This document shows positions 19,080-27,243 of a stretch of 52,103 bases of DNA, one piece after another; position 1 is the first letter of the stretch; the number at the start of each line of letters is the position of its first letter. Both the position numbers and the translations under genes were made by a program. Below the pieces are notes generated by a model, which did not search any database, was not told the origin of the DNA, and was given only the letters and a program-made list of their open reading frames with translations. Source of the stretch: an uncultured Flavobacteriaceae bacterium. Lineage in GTDB: Bacteria > Bacteroidota > Bacteroidia > AKYH767-A > OLB10. The stretch lies in contig CAYWHE010000001.1 in the NCBI GenBank assembly GCA_964458125.1, forward strand, positions 1-52,103, given 5' to 3'.

Positions 19080-19841
19080 CTACTTCTTTTTATCCTTCTC
19101 TTTATCTGCAGGAGCGGGAGCCTTCATGGACTCCAGGTTGTTTTTAGCAAGCGCAAACTCCGGAAATATTTTCAAAGCCGCTTCAAAATCCTCTTTGGCT
19201 TTATCTGGTTTATTCAGTTCTTTTTGAAGGACACCGCGAAGATTCAACGCAGCCGCAGCAAGGGGTACTTCCTGAGAATTCTGCTGGTCGATGTTGATAT
19301 TGATTTTATCCCCGGCGGATTTGGGATCACTGATGACCTGATTCACGGTGATTTCACATTCCCCAAGGCGTTTCAGGGTATATTGCAGGACAGCGATCTG
19401 GTAAGCATGGTAAATACTTTTGGTTTTGGCATACAGCTTTTCATACATCTCCAGGGATTCCTTATGATTATTAATGGCTCCCTGACAGATGGCGCTAAGT
19501 TCCATCATTGGAATGCTCTGGGGATCGCGTTCAAGATATATATTGGCAGACAACAAAGCCTGGGAATAAGCCCCGGTGGAAAAGTAAATGCGTGCGAGCG
19601 TGTCCAGGTAATCAATTCTGGCCGGGTATTTTGTGATGAGGGCAAAAACTGCATTCCTGGCCACTTCGTAATCGCCAAAAAGGATTGCAGTCTTGTAAAT
19701 CTTAATATCCAGTGGAATTGTATCGCGCTCGGAAAACGTACTGTTTGGGTTTGCCGGTACAGTAGGCGCCGGTTTTTTAGCCTGTCCGAAACCCAGGAAT
19801 CCCGTAATGAGCAGTGCAGTCAGCAAATAAATTTTCTTCAT
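19080..19841 (-). CDS. Secreted tetratricopeptide-repeat (TPR) protein
   Basis: The start is taken at the internal ATG 19841 (MKKIYLLTALLITGFLGFGQA signal peptide). The protein has helical TPR-like repeats (AL..A..YL..DP; ALNLRGVLQKELNKPDKAKEDFEAALKIFPEFALAKNNL) and a Lys-rich tail. Confidence 0.75.
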   Translation of the reverse strand: MKKIYLLTALLITGFLGFGQAKKPAPTVPANPNSTFSERDTIPLDIKIYKTAILFGDYEVARNAVFALITKYPARIDYLDTLARIYFSTGAYSQALLSANIYLERDPQSIPMMELSAICQGAINNHKESLEMYEKLYAKTKSIYHAYQIAVLQYTLKRLGECEITVNQVISDPKSAGDKININIDQQNSQEVPLAAAALNLRGVLQKELNKPDKAKEDFEAALKIFPEFALAKNNLESMKAPAPADKEKDKKK

Positions 19842-19937
19842 AGAATAGGAGTTGTTGATATTTTGATTCGCTAAAGTAAGAAAATTTAAAAATATCACTG
19901 GCAAAAGGTTTATTTTTGAAGGCAATAAGTAGAAAGA

Positions 19938-22295
19938 ATGACGTCAATGCAGGATCATTTTCTGGATAAACTCAATGCGGCACAACGGGAAGCCGTTCAA
20001 TGCACCGAAGGCCCGGTGATGATTATTGCCGGAGCAGGATCCGGGAAAACCCGCGTACTTACCTACCGTGTTGCTTACCTATTGCAGCAGGGCGTGGATC
20101 CCTTTAACATCCTTGCCCTTACCTTTACCAATAAAGCCGCCCGTGAAATGCGTAACCGGATCAGTTCCGTCACTTCCGATGAGGCCCGGAACCTCTGGAT
20201 GGGAACCTTCCATTCCATCTTTGCACGCATCCTCCGCATCGAAGCAGAAAAACTGAATTATCCTGTCAACTTCACCATTTACGATACCGACGACTCCAAA
20301 AACCTGATCAAGGATATCCTGAAGGAGCAGGGGCTGGATGATAAAATATACAAACCTTCCGGGGTGCTCGGACGCATTTCTTCAGCCAAGAACAACCTGG
20401 TTTCCGCCCGGGAATATTCGGAAAATGTTGACCTGGTCAGTGATGACAAATCCATGGGAAGACCTAAAATGGGCATGCTTTATGAGATTTACCAGAACAG
20501 GTTGTTCAAGGCGGGGGCCATGGATTTTGATGACCTCTTGTTCAATACCTACCTGTTGCTGAAAAAATATCCCGATTGCCTGAGCAAATACCAGCATAAG
20601 TTCCGGTATGTCATGGTGGATGAATTCCAGGATACCAATTTTGCGCAGTATGTTATTGTACGGAAAATCGCTGCACAACACCAGAATATTTGTGTGGTTG
20701 GCGATGATGCCCAGAGTATTTACGCCTTCCGGGGAGCCAACATACAGAATATCCTGAGTTTCGAAAAAGATTACCCGGATCTGAAAACCTTTAAACTCGA
20801 ACAAAATTACCGAAGCACGAAAAATATTGTGCATGCCGCCAACTGTGTCATTGAACACAATCACGGGAGACTGCCTAAGGAAATCTGGACGGAAAACAGC
20901 TCCGGCGACCGCATCCGTGTGCTTCGTGCCTTAAGCGATAACGAAGAAGGGCAACTGGTGGCAAGGGAAATTTTCAACGAAAAAATGAACGGGCAGTTGG
21001 CCAATAAGGACTTTGCCATCCTCTACCGCACCAATGCCCAGTCGAGAAGCATGGAAGAGGCCCTCCGGCGTCAGAACATTCCCTACCGTATTTACGGGGG
21101 TTTGTCATTTTATAAAAGAAAGGAAATCAAGGATTTGCTGGCATACTTCCGCCTGGCTATCAATCCCCTTGATGAAGAAAGCATCAAGCGGGTAATCAAT
21201 TATCCCGGACGCGGTATTGGAACTACCAGTATAGAGAAGTTGATGATCGCTGCTTCAAGAGCCGAAACTTCAATGTGGGAGGTGATGCTGAATATTCACA
21301 CCATGGCATCGGATATCGCCCCCAATACACGTGCAAAAATTGCTGACTTCGCCACCATGATACAGAGTTTCCAGGTCATGCTGCCGGATCACCCGGCTTA
21401 TGAACTGGCCAGTCATATCGCCACCTCATCCGGTCTGCTGAAGGAGTTGTATCATGACCGCACCCCGGAAGGCATCAGTCATTACGAAAACCTTCAGGAA
21501 CTGCTCAACGGCATCCGGGAGTTTTCGGACGAAGGGACATTACCAGTTGCTATACCCGGCGATATCAGAAATGATCAGGCTTTGCGAACGCTTGACCTTT
21601 ATATGCAGGACATCGCCCTGCTGACCGATGCCGAAAACAAGGATGACGGTGATACGGACAAGGTTTCCCTGATGACCGTGCATGCCGCCAAAGGTCTTGA
21701 GTTCAGGCATGTTTTCGTGACAGGACTGGAGGAGAATCTTTTTCCCTCCCAGTTATCGCTTCATGCGCGTGCCGACCTGGAAGAAGAACGAAGGTTATTT
21801 TATGTGGCCATCACCCGAGCCGAAAAAAAACTGACACTCACCTATGCAGCCAGCCGTTACCGCTGGGGCACACCGGTAAGTTGCGACCGCAGCCGGTTTA
21901 TTGCTGAAATTAAACCGGAATACCTGGACCAGGTACTGTCGAAACCCTCCCGTCATTTTGAGGAAGAAACCGAAAACTGGAATTATTTCGGAAGGCCTCA
22001 GCGAAACACGGGCCAGGAGGAACGTTCCAAGTCCAAATCTTCAGCACCGGCAGGCTTCAAACAGCTTAAACAAATAAAAAATGCACCTGTTGCAACCTCT
22101 CCGAATCCCGATTTCAAGGCTGTCAATCCCGGTGACATTGTGGCCGGTATGGAAATCGAACATGAACGATTCGGTGCCGGCAAGGTCATACGTATCGAAG
22201 GCAATTTCCCCGACAGCAAGGCCACCATCGTTTTTAACGCTGCCGGACAAAAGCAGCTTCTCCTGAAATATGCCAAGTTGAAAATCCTGGGATAA
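19938..22295 (+). CDS. uvrD: UvrD/PcrA/Rep family ATP-dependent DNA helicase
   Basis: 785-aa ORF with LN..Q.EAV....GP.MIIAGAGSGKTRVLT (Walker A), VDEFQDTN, VGDDAQSIYAFRGA, NYRST, TVHAAKGLEF and YVAITRA. The C-terminal tail resembles the PcrA/UvrD tudor-like extension. Confidence 0.92.
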   Translation: MTSMQDHFLDKLNAAQREAVQCTEGPVMIIAGAGSGKTRVLTYRVAYLLQQGVDPFNILALTFTNKAAREMRNRISSVTSDEARNLWMGTFHSIFARILRIEAEKLNYPVNFTIYDTDDSKNLIKDILKEQGLDDKIYKPSGVLGRISSAKNNLVSAREYSENVDLVSDDKSMGRPKMGMLYEIYQNRLFKAGAMDFDDLLFNTYLLLKKYPDCLSKYQHKFRYVMVDEFQDTNFAQYVIVRKIAAQHQNICVVGDDAQSIYAFRGANIQNILSFEKDYPDLKTFKLEQNYRSTKNIVHAANCVIEHNHGRLPKEIWTENSSGDRIRVLRALSDNEEGQLVAREIFNEKMNGQLANKDFAILYRTNAQSRSMEEALRRQNIPYRIYGGLSFYKRKEIKDLLAYFRLAINPLDEESIKRVINYPGRGIGTTSIEKLMIAASRAETSMWEVMLNIHTMASDIAPNTRAKIADFATMIQSFQVMLPDHPAYELASHIATSSGLLKELYHDRTPEGISHYENLQELLNGIREFSDEGTLPVAIPGDIRNDQALRTLDLYMQDIALLTDAENKDDGDTDKVSLMTVHAAKGLEFRHVFVTGLEENLFPSQLSLHARADLEEERRLFYVAITRAEKKLTLTYAASRYRWGTPVSCDRSRFIAEIKPEYLDQVLSKPSRHFEEETENWNYFGRPQRNTGQEERSKSKSSAPAGFKQLKQIKNAPVATSPNPDFKAVNPGDIVAGMEIEHERFGAGKVIRIEGNFPDSKATIVFNAAGQKQLLLKYAKLKILG

Positions 22296-22389
22296 TCCCC
22301 ACCTGGCAGAAGGCGCTGTTTTTCGCAGTTTATTGAATTTTCAGCTTTTTTTCATATTTTCGTCTTATAAATTAATAAGCCGGTTTCCT

Positions 22390-24558
22390 ATGAAAAAAAC
22401 AGTCTTTCTTACCCCCGCAATCATTTTATTCCTGCTGTTGAAGGTTATTGCCCAGACAGGCTCCTACAACCAAACTGCACCAAACATTTACAGTGTGAAT
22501 AGTTACACCAATGTAACGTTTACCAATACCCCGTACTACGCTTCCTCCGGGACACTTGCTTTTTCTTGGATTGCATGCCATCAGCCCGGCTTTGGAGCCA
22601 GCACGGTCAATGTTGACCTGCTGACCAGTACCGGTTACCAAAACATAGCCAGTTACAGCAGTTCGCTTGACTGCAGCTCCATCAGTCAAAGTAAATCCTT
22701 AAGCGGTTCGCAACTTTCAGATGCTGTCGTAGCCGGAGCCGGCAACATTATTTTCAGATTTTATATTTCCGACGGCTGCCAGGCCGGTGTAGGATGCGCC
22801 TCTATAAACGACCCGGCCGTCATCGGTATTAACCTGACATACCCTTATTCCATTGCCGACTTCACCGTCAGCGATACCACCTTATGCCCTGGCCAAACCA
22901 TTACCTTTACCGATATAACCCCGGGTACGGTTAACAGCCGCAATTGGAGTTTTCCCGGCGGCTCCCCTTCATCCGCTACCGGAGCCTCGCCTTCCGTCAC
23001 CTACAATACACCCGGCTGGTATAATGTCACACTGACCACTACCGGTCCCGGAGGGAGTAATACCACCACGAAAACCGCCCTTCTATATGTCTATACACCA
23101 CCCGTTGCAACCATCACCCCGGGAGGCCCTGTTACTTTCTGCAACGGAGGTTCGGTAAACCTGCAGGCCAATACAGGACCGGGATTATCCTATACCTGGA
23201 AAAAAAGCGGAAACATTATCAACGGGGCCTCCAATGCATCCTATTCCGCCACCACCTCCGCCAATTATAAAGTGGTGGTGACCAGTTCCGATGGTTGCAG
23301 TACGACATCCGCCATCGTGACCGTGACGGTCAATGCCAATCCCACGGCCATCATTTCTGCCAACGGACCGGTTACGTTCTGCCCGGGTGGTACGGTTACC
23401 CTTCAGGCACTGACCGGTGGCGGGTTTACATATAAATGGAAAAAAAACAACGTGCTCATCAGTGGTGCCACCACTTCTTCCTATGCCGCAACCACCAGTG
23501 GGAATTACAGCTGCAAGGTCACCAACGGTAACGGCTGCTCATCCAGCAGCAATACCATCGGTGTTACCGTCAATACCCCGAAAGCCACACTTACCCTGTC
23601 GGGCAATGCCACCTTTTGCCAGGGAGGATCTGCTCTGCTGAAAGCCAATACCGGCAGCGGGTTAACCTATCAGTGGATCAGGAACGGGGCCAATATTTCC
23701 GGGGCAGCGGACTCAGCGTATACAGTTACCGTTAGCGGAAATTATAAGGTTAAAGTGACCAACAATTGCGGCAGTTCAACGTCAACGGTCAAAACCATTA
23801 CGGTCAACAGCCTGCCATCCGCTTCCATTTCCGCCAATGGTCCGCTTACGTTTTGCAGCGGCTCCACCGTCACACTCAATGCCAATACGGGAACAGGATT
23901 AACTTATGTGTGGAAGAAAAACAACAGCACGATTTCAGGCGCTACCGGTTCTTCCTATGTGGCTTCGACACAAGGATCGTATAAGGTGGTGGTTACCAAT
24001 GCGTCGGGATGTACAGCGGTGTCCAACACGCTGACAGTAGCGGTTAATGCCACCATTGCCAGCATCACACCAGGAGGCCCGCTTTCCTTTTGCAGCGGCG
24101 ACAGTGTTGTCCTGACTGCCAACAGCGGGGCAGGGCTTACCTACCAATGGCTGAAAAACAACACCAACATCAGCGGAGCAACCTCCATCAGTCATACAGC
24201 CAAAACAGCCGGTACATATAAAGTTATAGTTACGAATTCGACCACCGGTTGCGCTGCCATTTCTTCCGGGCTCAGCGTTACCGTAAACTGCAAAATTTCC
24301 GGAACGGGCGGAGACTTTCATGTCCTCGTAGTTCCGAATCCCTTCACCTACGATTTCCTGGTGACCTTTGAAAACTTCAGCCAGGATCCACTCCTTGGCG
24401 AAGTTTATTCGATGACCGGACAGTTACTCAGCAGTCAGGTTATTCCGGATCCTCAAAACGGTTTCCGCACCGGCCAGGATTTGCCGGCGGGCATATACCT
24501 CCTGAAAATACGACAGGGAACAGAAACCAGGAACATGAGTCTGGTAAAAGGAAAATAG
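22390..24558 (+). CDS. Secreted repeat protein with PKD domain and T9SS type A C-terminal sorting domain
   Basis: The start is taken at ATG 22390 (MKKTVFLTPAIILFLLLKVIAQ signal). A PKD-like segment is present (FTVSD...FTD.....R.WSFPGG.P....G.SP.VTY..PG.Y.VTL). Five Cys-pair repeats follow. The C-terminus VVPNPFTYDFLVTF...LPAGIYLLKI....T....LVK matches the Por_Secre_tail type. Confidence 0.8.
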   Translation: MKKTVFLTPAIILFLLLKVIAQTGSYNQTAPNIYSVNSYTNVTFTNTPYYASSGTLAFSWIACHQPGFGASTVNVDLLTSTGYQNIASYSSSLDCSSISQSKSLSGSQLSDAVVAGAGNIIFRFYISDGCQAGVGCASINDPAVIGINLTYPYSIADFTVSDTTLCPGQTITFTDITPGTVNSRNWSFPGGSPSSATGASPSVTYNTPGWYNVTLTTTGPGGSNTTTKTALLYVYTPPVATITPGGPVTFCNGGSVNLQANTGPGLSYTWKKSGNIINGASNASYSATTSANYKVVVTSSDGCSTTSAIVTVTVNANPTAIISANGPVTFCPGGTVTLQALTGGGFTYKWKKNNVLISGATTSSYAATTSGNYSCKVTNGNGCSSSSNTIGVTVNTPKATLTLSGNATFCQGGSALLKANTGSGLTYQWIRNGANISGAADSAYTVTVSGNYKVKVTNNCGSSTSTVKTITVNSLPSASISANGPLTFCSGSTVTLNANTGTGLTYVWKKNNSTISGATGSSYVASTQGSYKVVVTNASGCTAVSNTLTVAVNATIASITPGGPLSFCSGDSVVLTANSGAGLTYQWLKNNTNISGATSISHTAKTAGTYKVIVTNSTTGCAAISSGLSVTVNCKISGTGGDFHVLVVPNPFTYDFLVTFENFSQDPLLGEVYSMTGQLLSSQVIPDPQNGFRTGQDLPAGIYLLKIRQGTETRNMSLVKGK
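23098..24290 (+). repeat. Five in-frame tandem coding repeats (~231-240 nt, 77-80 aa) in the T9SS type A cargo
   Basis: Units start at about 23098, 23341, 23581, 23818 and 24049. The pattern is (I/L)(T/S)..G(P)xxFC.GGSV.L.AN(T/S)G.GLTY.WKKN...I.GA..S.Y.A..SG.YKV.VTN..GC...S....V(T)VN. Confidence 0.75.
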
Positions 24559-24562
24559 CGGT

Positions 24563-26467
24563 TTACTCCTCCACCACCGCACCACCCCGGTACAATTGTT
24601 TACGGTATTTCAGGGAAGGTGAAGGAATAAAGGCTCCCAGTCCCAGTTTGGGCCATAGGCGGTCAATGTGTTCAATGGTTGCGGTATCGGATGCCAGGAT
24701 ATTGGGCCATTCCCTGTCAAATCCATCCATTTCCTTTGTTTTTCGGGTACCGTCAAAAGCGAGATGTGCAGGAGCGTTTTGATTTTCCTGCACCAAAAAA
24801 TGATCCCGTTTCGGATCTGCATTATTCGAAAATCGCCAGACAGCATCTGAAATATCGGAAATATCAACGGTATGTTCCAGGAAGATGATCACCTTAACGG
24901 AATCAAAATCCTTCCTGGAAAACAGTTCGTTGGCAAGTTCCCGGACATGGTTCACCCGGTTTTTCCGGATGGCCAGGAACAGGATTGAAATCTCCATCAG
25001 CAGCAGTGAATCATTGATGGAGGTGATTTCAGGGAACAGATCCGGAAGTTTCTCCTTTACGGCATGATTCCAGGCATGAACAGGTGTGATTTTTTTCACC
25101 ATCACCTCTTCCGGTAATTTGCAGGTTGCATCAATACCCATCTTACCGCCAAAAGCCATTCGTGAACAGGAGTGGTCGAGCACATCAGTAGGACCCTGGG
25201 TGAAGATGATATCCGTGGCCGGATCCGTATGGGCTGAAATAAACCGGGCCACCTCTGCCTGGTTGTGGATGTTGACATCACCATCAACAATAATCATCAT
25301 CTTGGTGAACATCATTTGCCCGGCACCCCATAAGCTGTTCATTACCTTGAGGGCCTGGCCGGGATAATCCTTTTTTATTTTCACGATAACCAGGTTGTGA
25401 AAAACGCCTTCAACGGGCATCACCATGTCCACAATTTCAGGGACCATGGTCATTTTGATCGGCGCAATAAAAATACGTTCGGTGGCCTTCCCGATCCAGG
25501 CATCCTCCTGGGGCGGAATGCCTACGATGGTAGCCGGGTATATGGTGTCCTTCCGATGCGTGATGGCCGTAATGTGAAAACGCGGATAGTAATCGGCAAG
25601 TGAATAATAACCGGTATGATCACCGAATGGGCCTTCCAGGATAAAGTCTTCCGTGGGGTCAATAAAGCCTTCGATGATGATTTCGGCATCAGCCGGAACC
25701 TGCATGGGCTGCGTCAGACATTGCACCAGTTCGACTTTTTTCCGGCGGATAAATCCGGCCAGAATGAATTCATCGATTCCATCCGGTAATGGTGCAGTTG
25801 CCGCATAGGTGCAGGCCGGATCTCCACCCAGTGAAATCACTACAGGCATCCTGATTTTTAGTTTCTTATATTCGTTAAAATGCCGGGCGCTGACCTTGTG
25901 CCGGTGCCAGTGCATGGCGGTAAGCGTGGGTCCAAATACCTGCATGCGGTATAGTCCTACATTTCGGGTTCCGGTATGCGGGTCAAGGGTCTGAATAACA
26001 GGCAGGGTAAGAAAGGGACCACCGTCTTCGGGCCAGCATTTCAGAACAGGGAACCTGGTAACATCCGGATCTTTCATGATCACTTCCTGGCAGGGACCGC
26101 GGCCTTTGATGACGGCCGGCATCCAGGAAGCTATCTCACCAAGCTGTGGCAACATTTTTATTTTTTCCAGCAGCGTGATGCGGGGAACCGTCATGGTTTT
26201 GATCAGGGTTTCCATGCTCTTCGGCAGGTCATCCAGGTGTTCAACACCCAGGGCCATGGCCATTCTTTTTTCCGTACCCATGGCGTTGATCAGCAAGGGG
26301 AAGCCGGTTCCCGTATTTTCAAAAAGCAGGGCTGGCCCGTATTTTTTTGAAATACGATCTGTAATTTCGGTGATCTCCAGATGAGGATTGATATATTCCT
26401 TAATGCGGACAAGTTCGCCGGATTTCTCGAGTAACTGTATAAAATCGCGTATATCGCGGTATGCCAT
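24563..26467 (-). CDS. UbiD-family (prenyl-FMN dependent) decarboxylase, menaquinone/ubiquinone-biosynthesis type, with extended C-terminus
   Basis: It is collinear with E. coli UbiD from [35 protein letters not shown] (ATG at 26467) through [27 protein letters not shown] and GGKMGIDAT. It is 634 aa, compared with about 500 for UbiD. The longer 727-aa ORF in the track would overlap yqeY, and I reject it. Confidence 0.88.
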   Translation of the reverse strand: [634 protein letters not shown]

Positions 26468-26576
26468 GGACTTGCTGTTTAATTGGTAAAAGTAACAATT
26501 AAGACGGGAAAAGGATTTGTTCCTTCCGGGGTGCCTGACCTGCCTGAACATCCATTCCTGACCTATTGACGGATAA

Positions 26577-26612
26577 GAAAAAACCGCCCCCTCACTAACC
26601 AAGAGGAGGCGG
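26577..26612 (-). terminator. Probable rho-independent terminator after yqeY (end of the ftsZ-yqeY transcript)
   Basis: On the minus strand, the stem CCGCCTCCTC / GAGGGGGCGG (one mismatch) has a 9-nt loop and is followed by TTTTTTC (plus-strand A-tract at 26577-26583). A second AT-rich 9-bp hairpin (26617-26651) lies just upstream. Confidence 0.6.
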
Positions 26613-26666
26613 TGAAAATAAGACTCAATTAAACCCCCGATAAGTCTTATTATAAAACGATGGATT

Positions 26667-27116
26667 TCATCCTCCCAGCAATTGTTTGACCAATTGGGAA
26701 ATGATCCTGTTATCAGCTTTTCCGGCCAGTTGTTTCGAGGCCACACCCATCACCTTTCCCATATCACCAGGCGAAACCGCACCGGTACTGCCGATGATTT
26801 GCCTCAAAACTTCCCTGATATCCTCTTCACTCATCTGTGCCGGCAGAAATTTTTCAATCACGTCCAGTTCCTCCTGCTCACCCTTAACAAGGTCTTCGCG
26901 ATTCTGCTGCTGGTAAATAGCCATGGATTCCCTTCGCTGCTTGACCAATTTTTGCAGTATTTTCATCTCTTCATCACTGCTCAGTACACTTCCGCTTCCG
27001 CTGGTTTTAGTGAGCAGGATCGCGGATTTCACAGCCCGGAGGGCACGCAGTCCCGCTTCGTTTTTGGCCAGCATAGCGGTTTTGATTTCCGAATTTATTT
27101 TTTCTTCCAGTGTCAT
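26667..27116 (-). CDS. yqeY: GatB/YqeY domain-containing protein
   Basis: 149-aa ORF with I..A.KA.....L..LR...SAI, E...IL.K..KQR.ES...Y.......L...E..E..VIE.FLP, and a C-terminal MGKVMG......GKAD. It sits directly downstream of ftsZ, as is common in Bacteroidota. Confidence 0.85.
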   Translation of the reverse strand: MTLEEKINSEIKTAMLAKNEAGLRALRAVKSAILLTKTSGSGSVLSSDEEMKILQKLVKQRRESMAIYQQQNREDLVKGEQEELDVIEKFLPAQMSEEDIREVLRQIIGSTGAVSPGDMGKVMGVASKQLAGKADNRIISQLVKQLLGG

Positions 27117-27243
27117 GACACCTTGTTTGATTTACACCGCAGCAAGCTGCGGAACATTGTTAAAATTTCTTTCACTACCAGCAAGGAGCTGGAATTCAAC
27201 GGGATAGAAGATGCGGTCCGGGCAATTGTGTTTTCCGGGAGGA

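Noticed and set aside
19842-19925. Upstream extension of the TPR gene; likewise 22333-22389 for the T9SS type A cargo and 50188-50220 for the NUDIX gene
   Set aside because: In each case an internal ATG gives a canonical N-terminus (MKK + hydrophobic signal peptide, or a clean start outside the divergent pyrE coding region). The longer versions add non-signal sequence or overlap neighbouring genes.
16963-22295. RecQ and UvrD helicases as a possible anti-phage defence module
   Set aside because: Both have ordinary housekeeping architectures. No nuclease, methyltransferase, TIR/SIR2, reverse transcriptase or other defence-type partner is nearby. The intervening gene is a secreted TPR protein.
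26468-26746. N-terminal 93-aa extension of the ubiD-like ORF (727-aa version in the ORF track)
   Set aside because: The extension would overlap the 3' end of yqeY and run through two hairpins, one of them a terminator. UbiD collinearity begins exactly at MAYRDIRDF (ATG 26467).
27138-27153. Short hairpin CCGCAGCAAGCTGCGG between ftsZ and yqeY
   Set aside because: The 6-bp stem has a 4-nt loop and no following T-tract on the minus strand, so it is not convincing as a terminator. ftsZ and yqeY are more likely co-transcribed.
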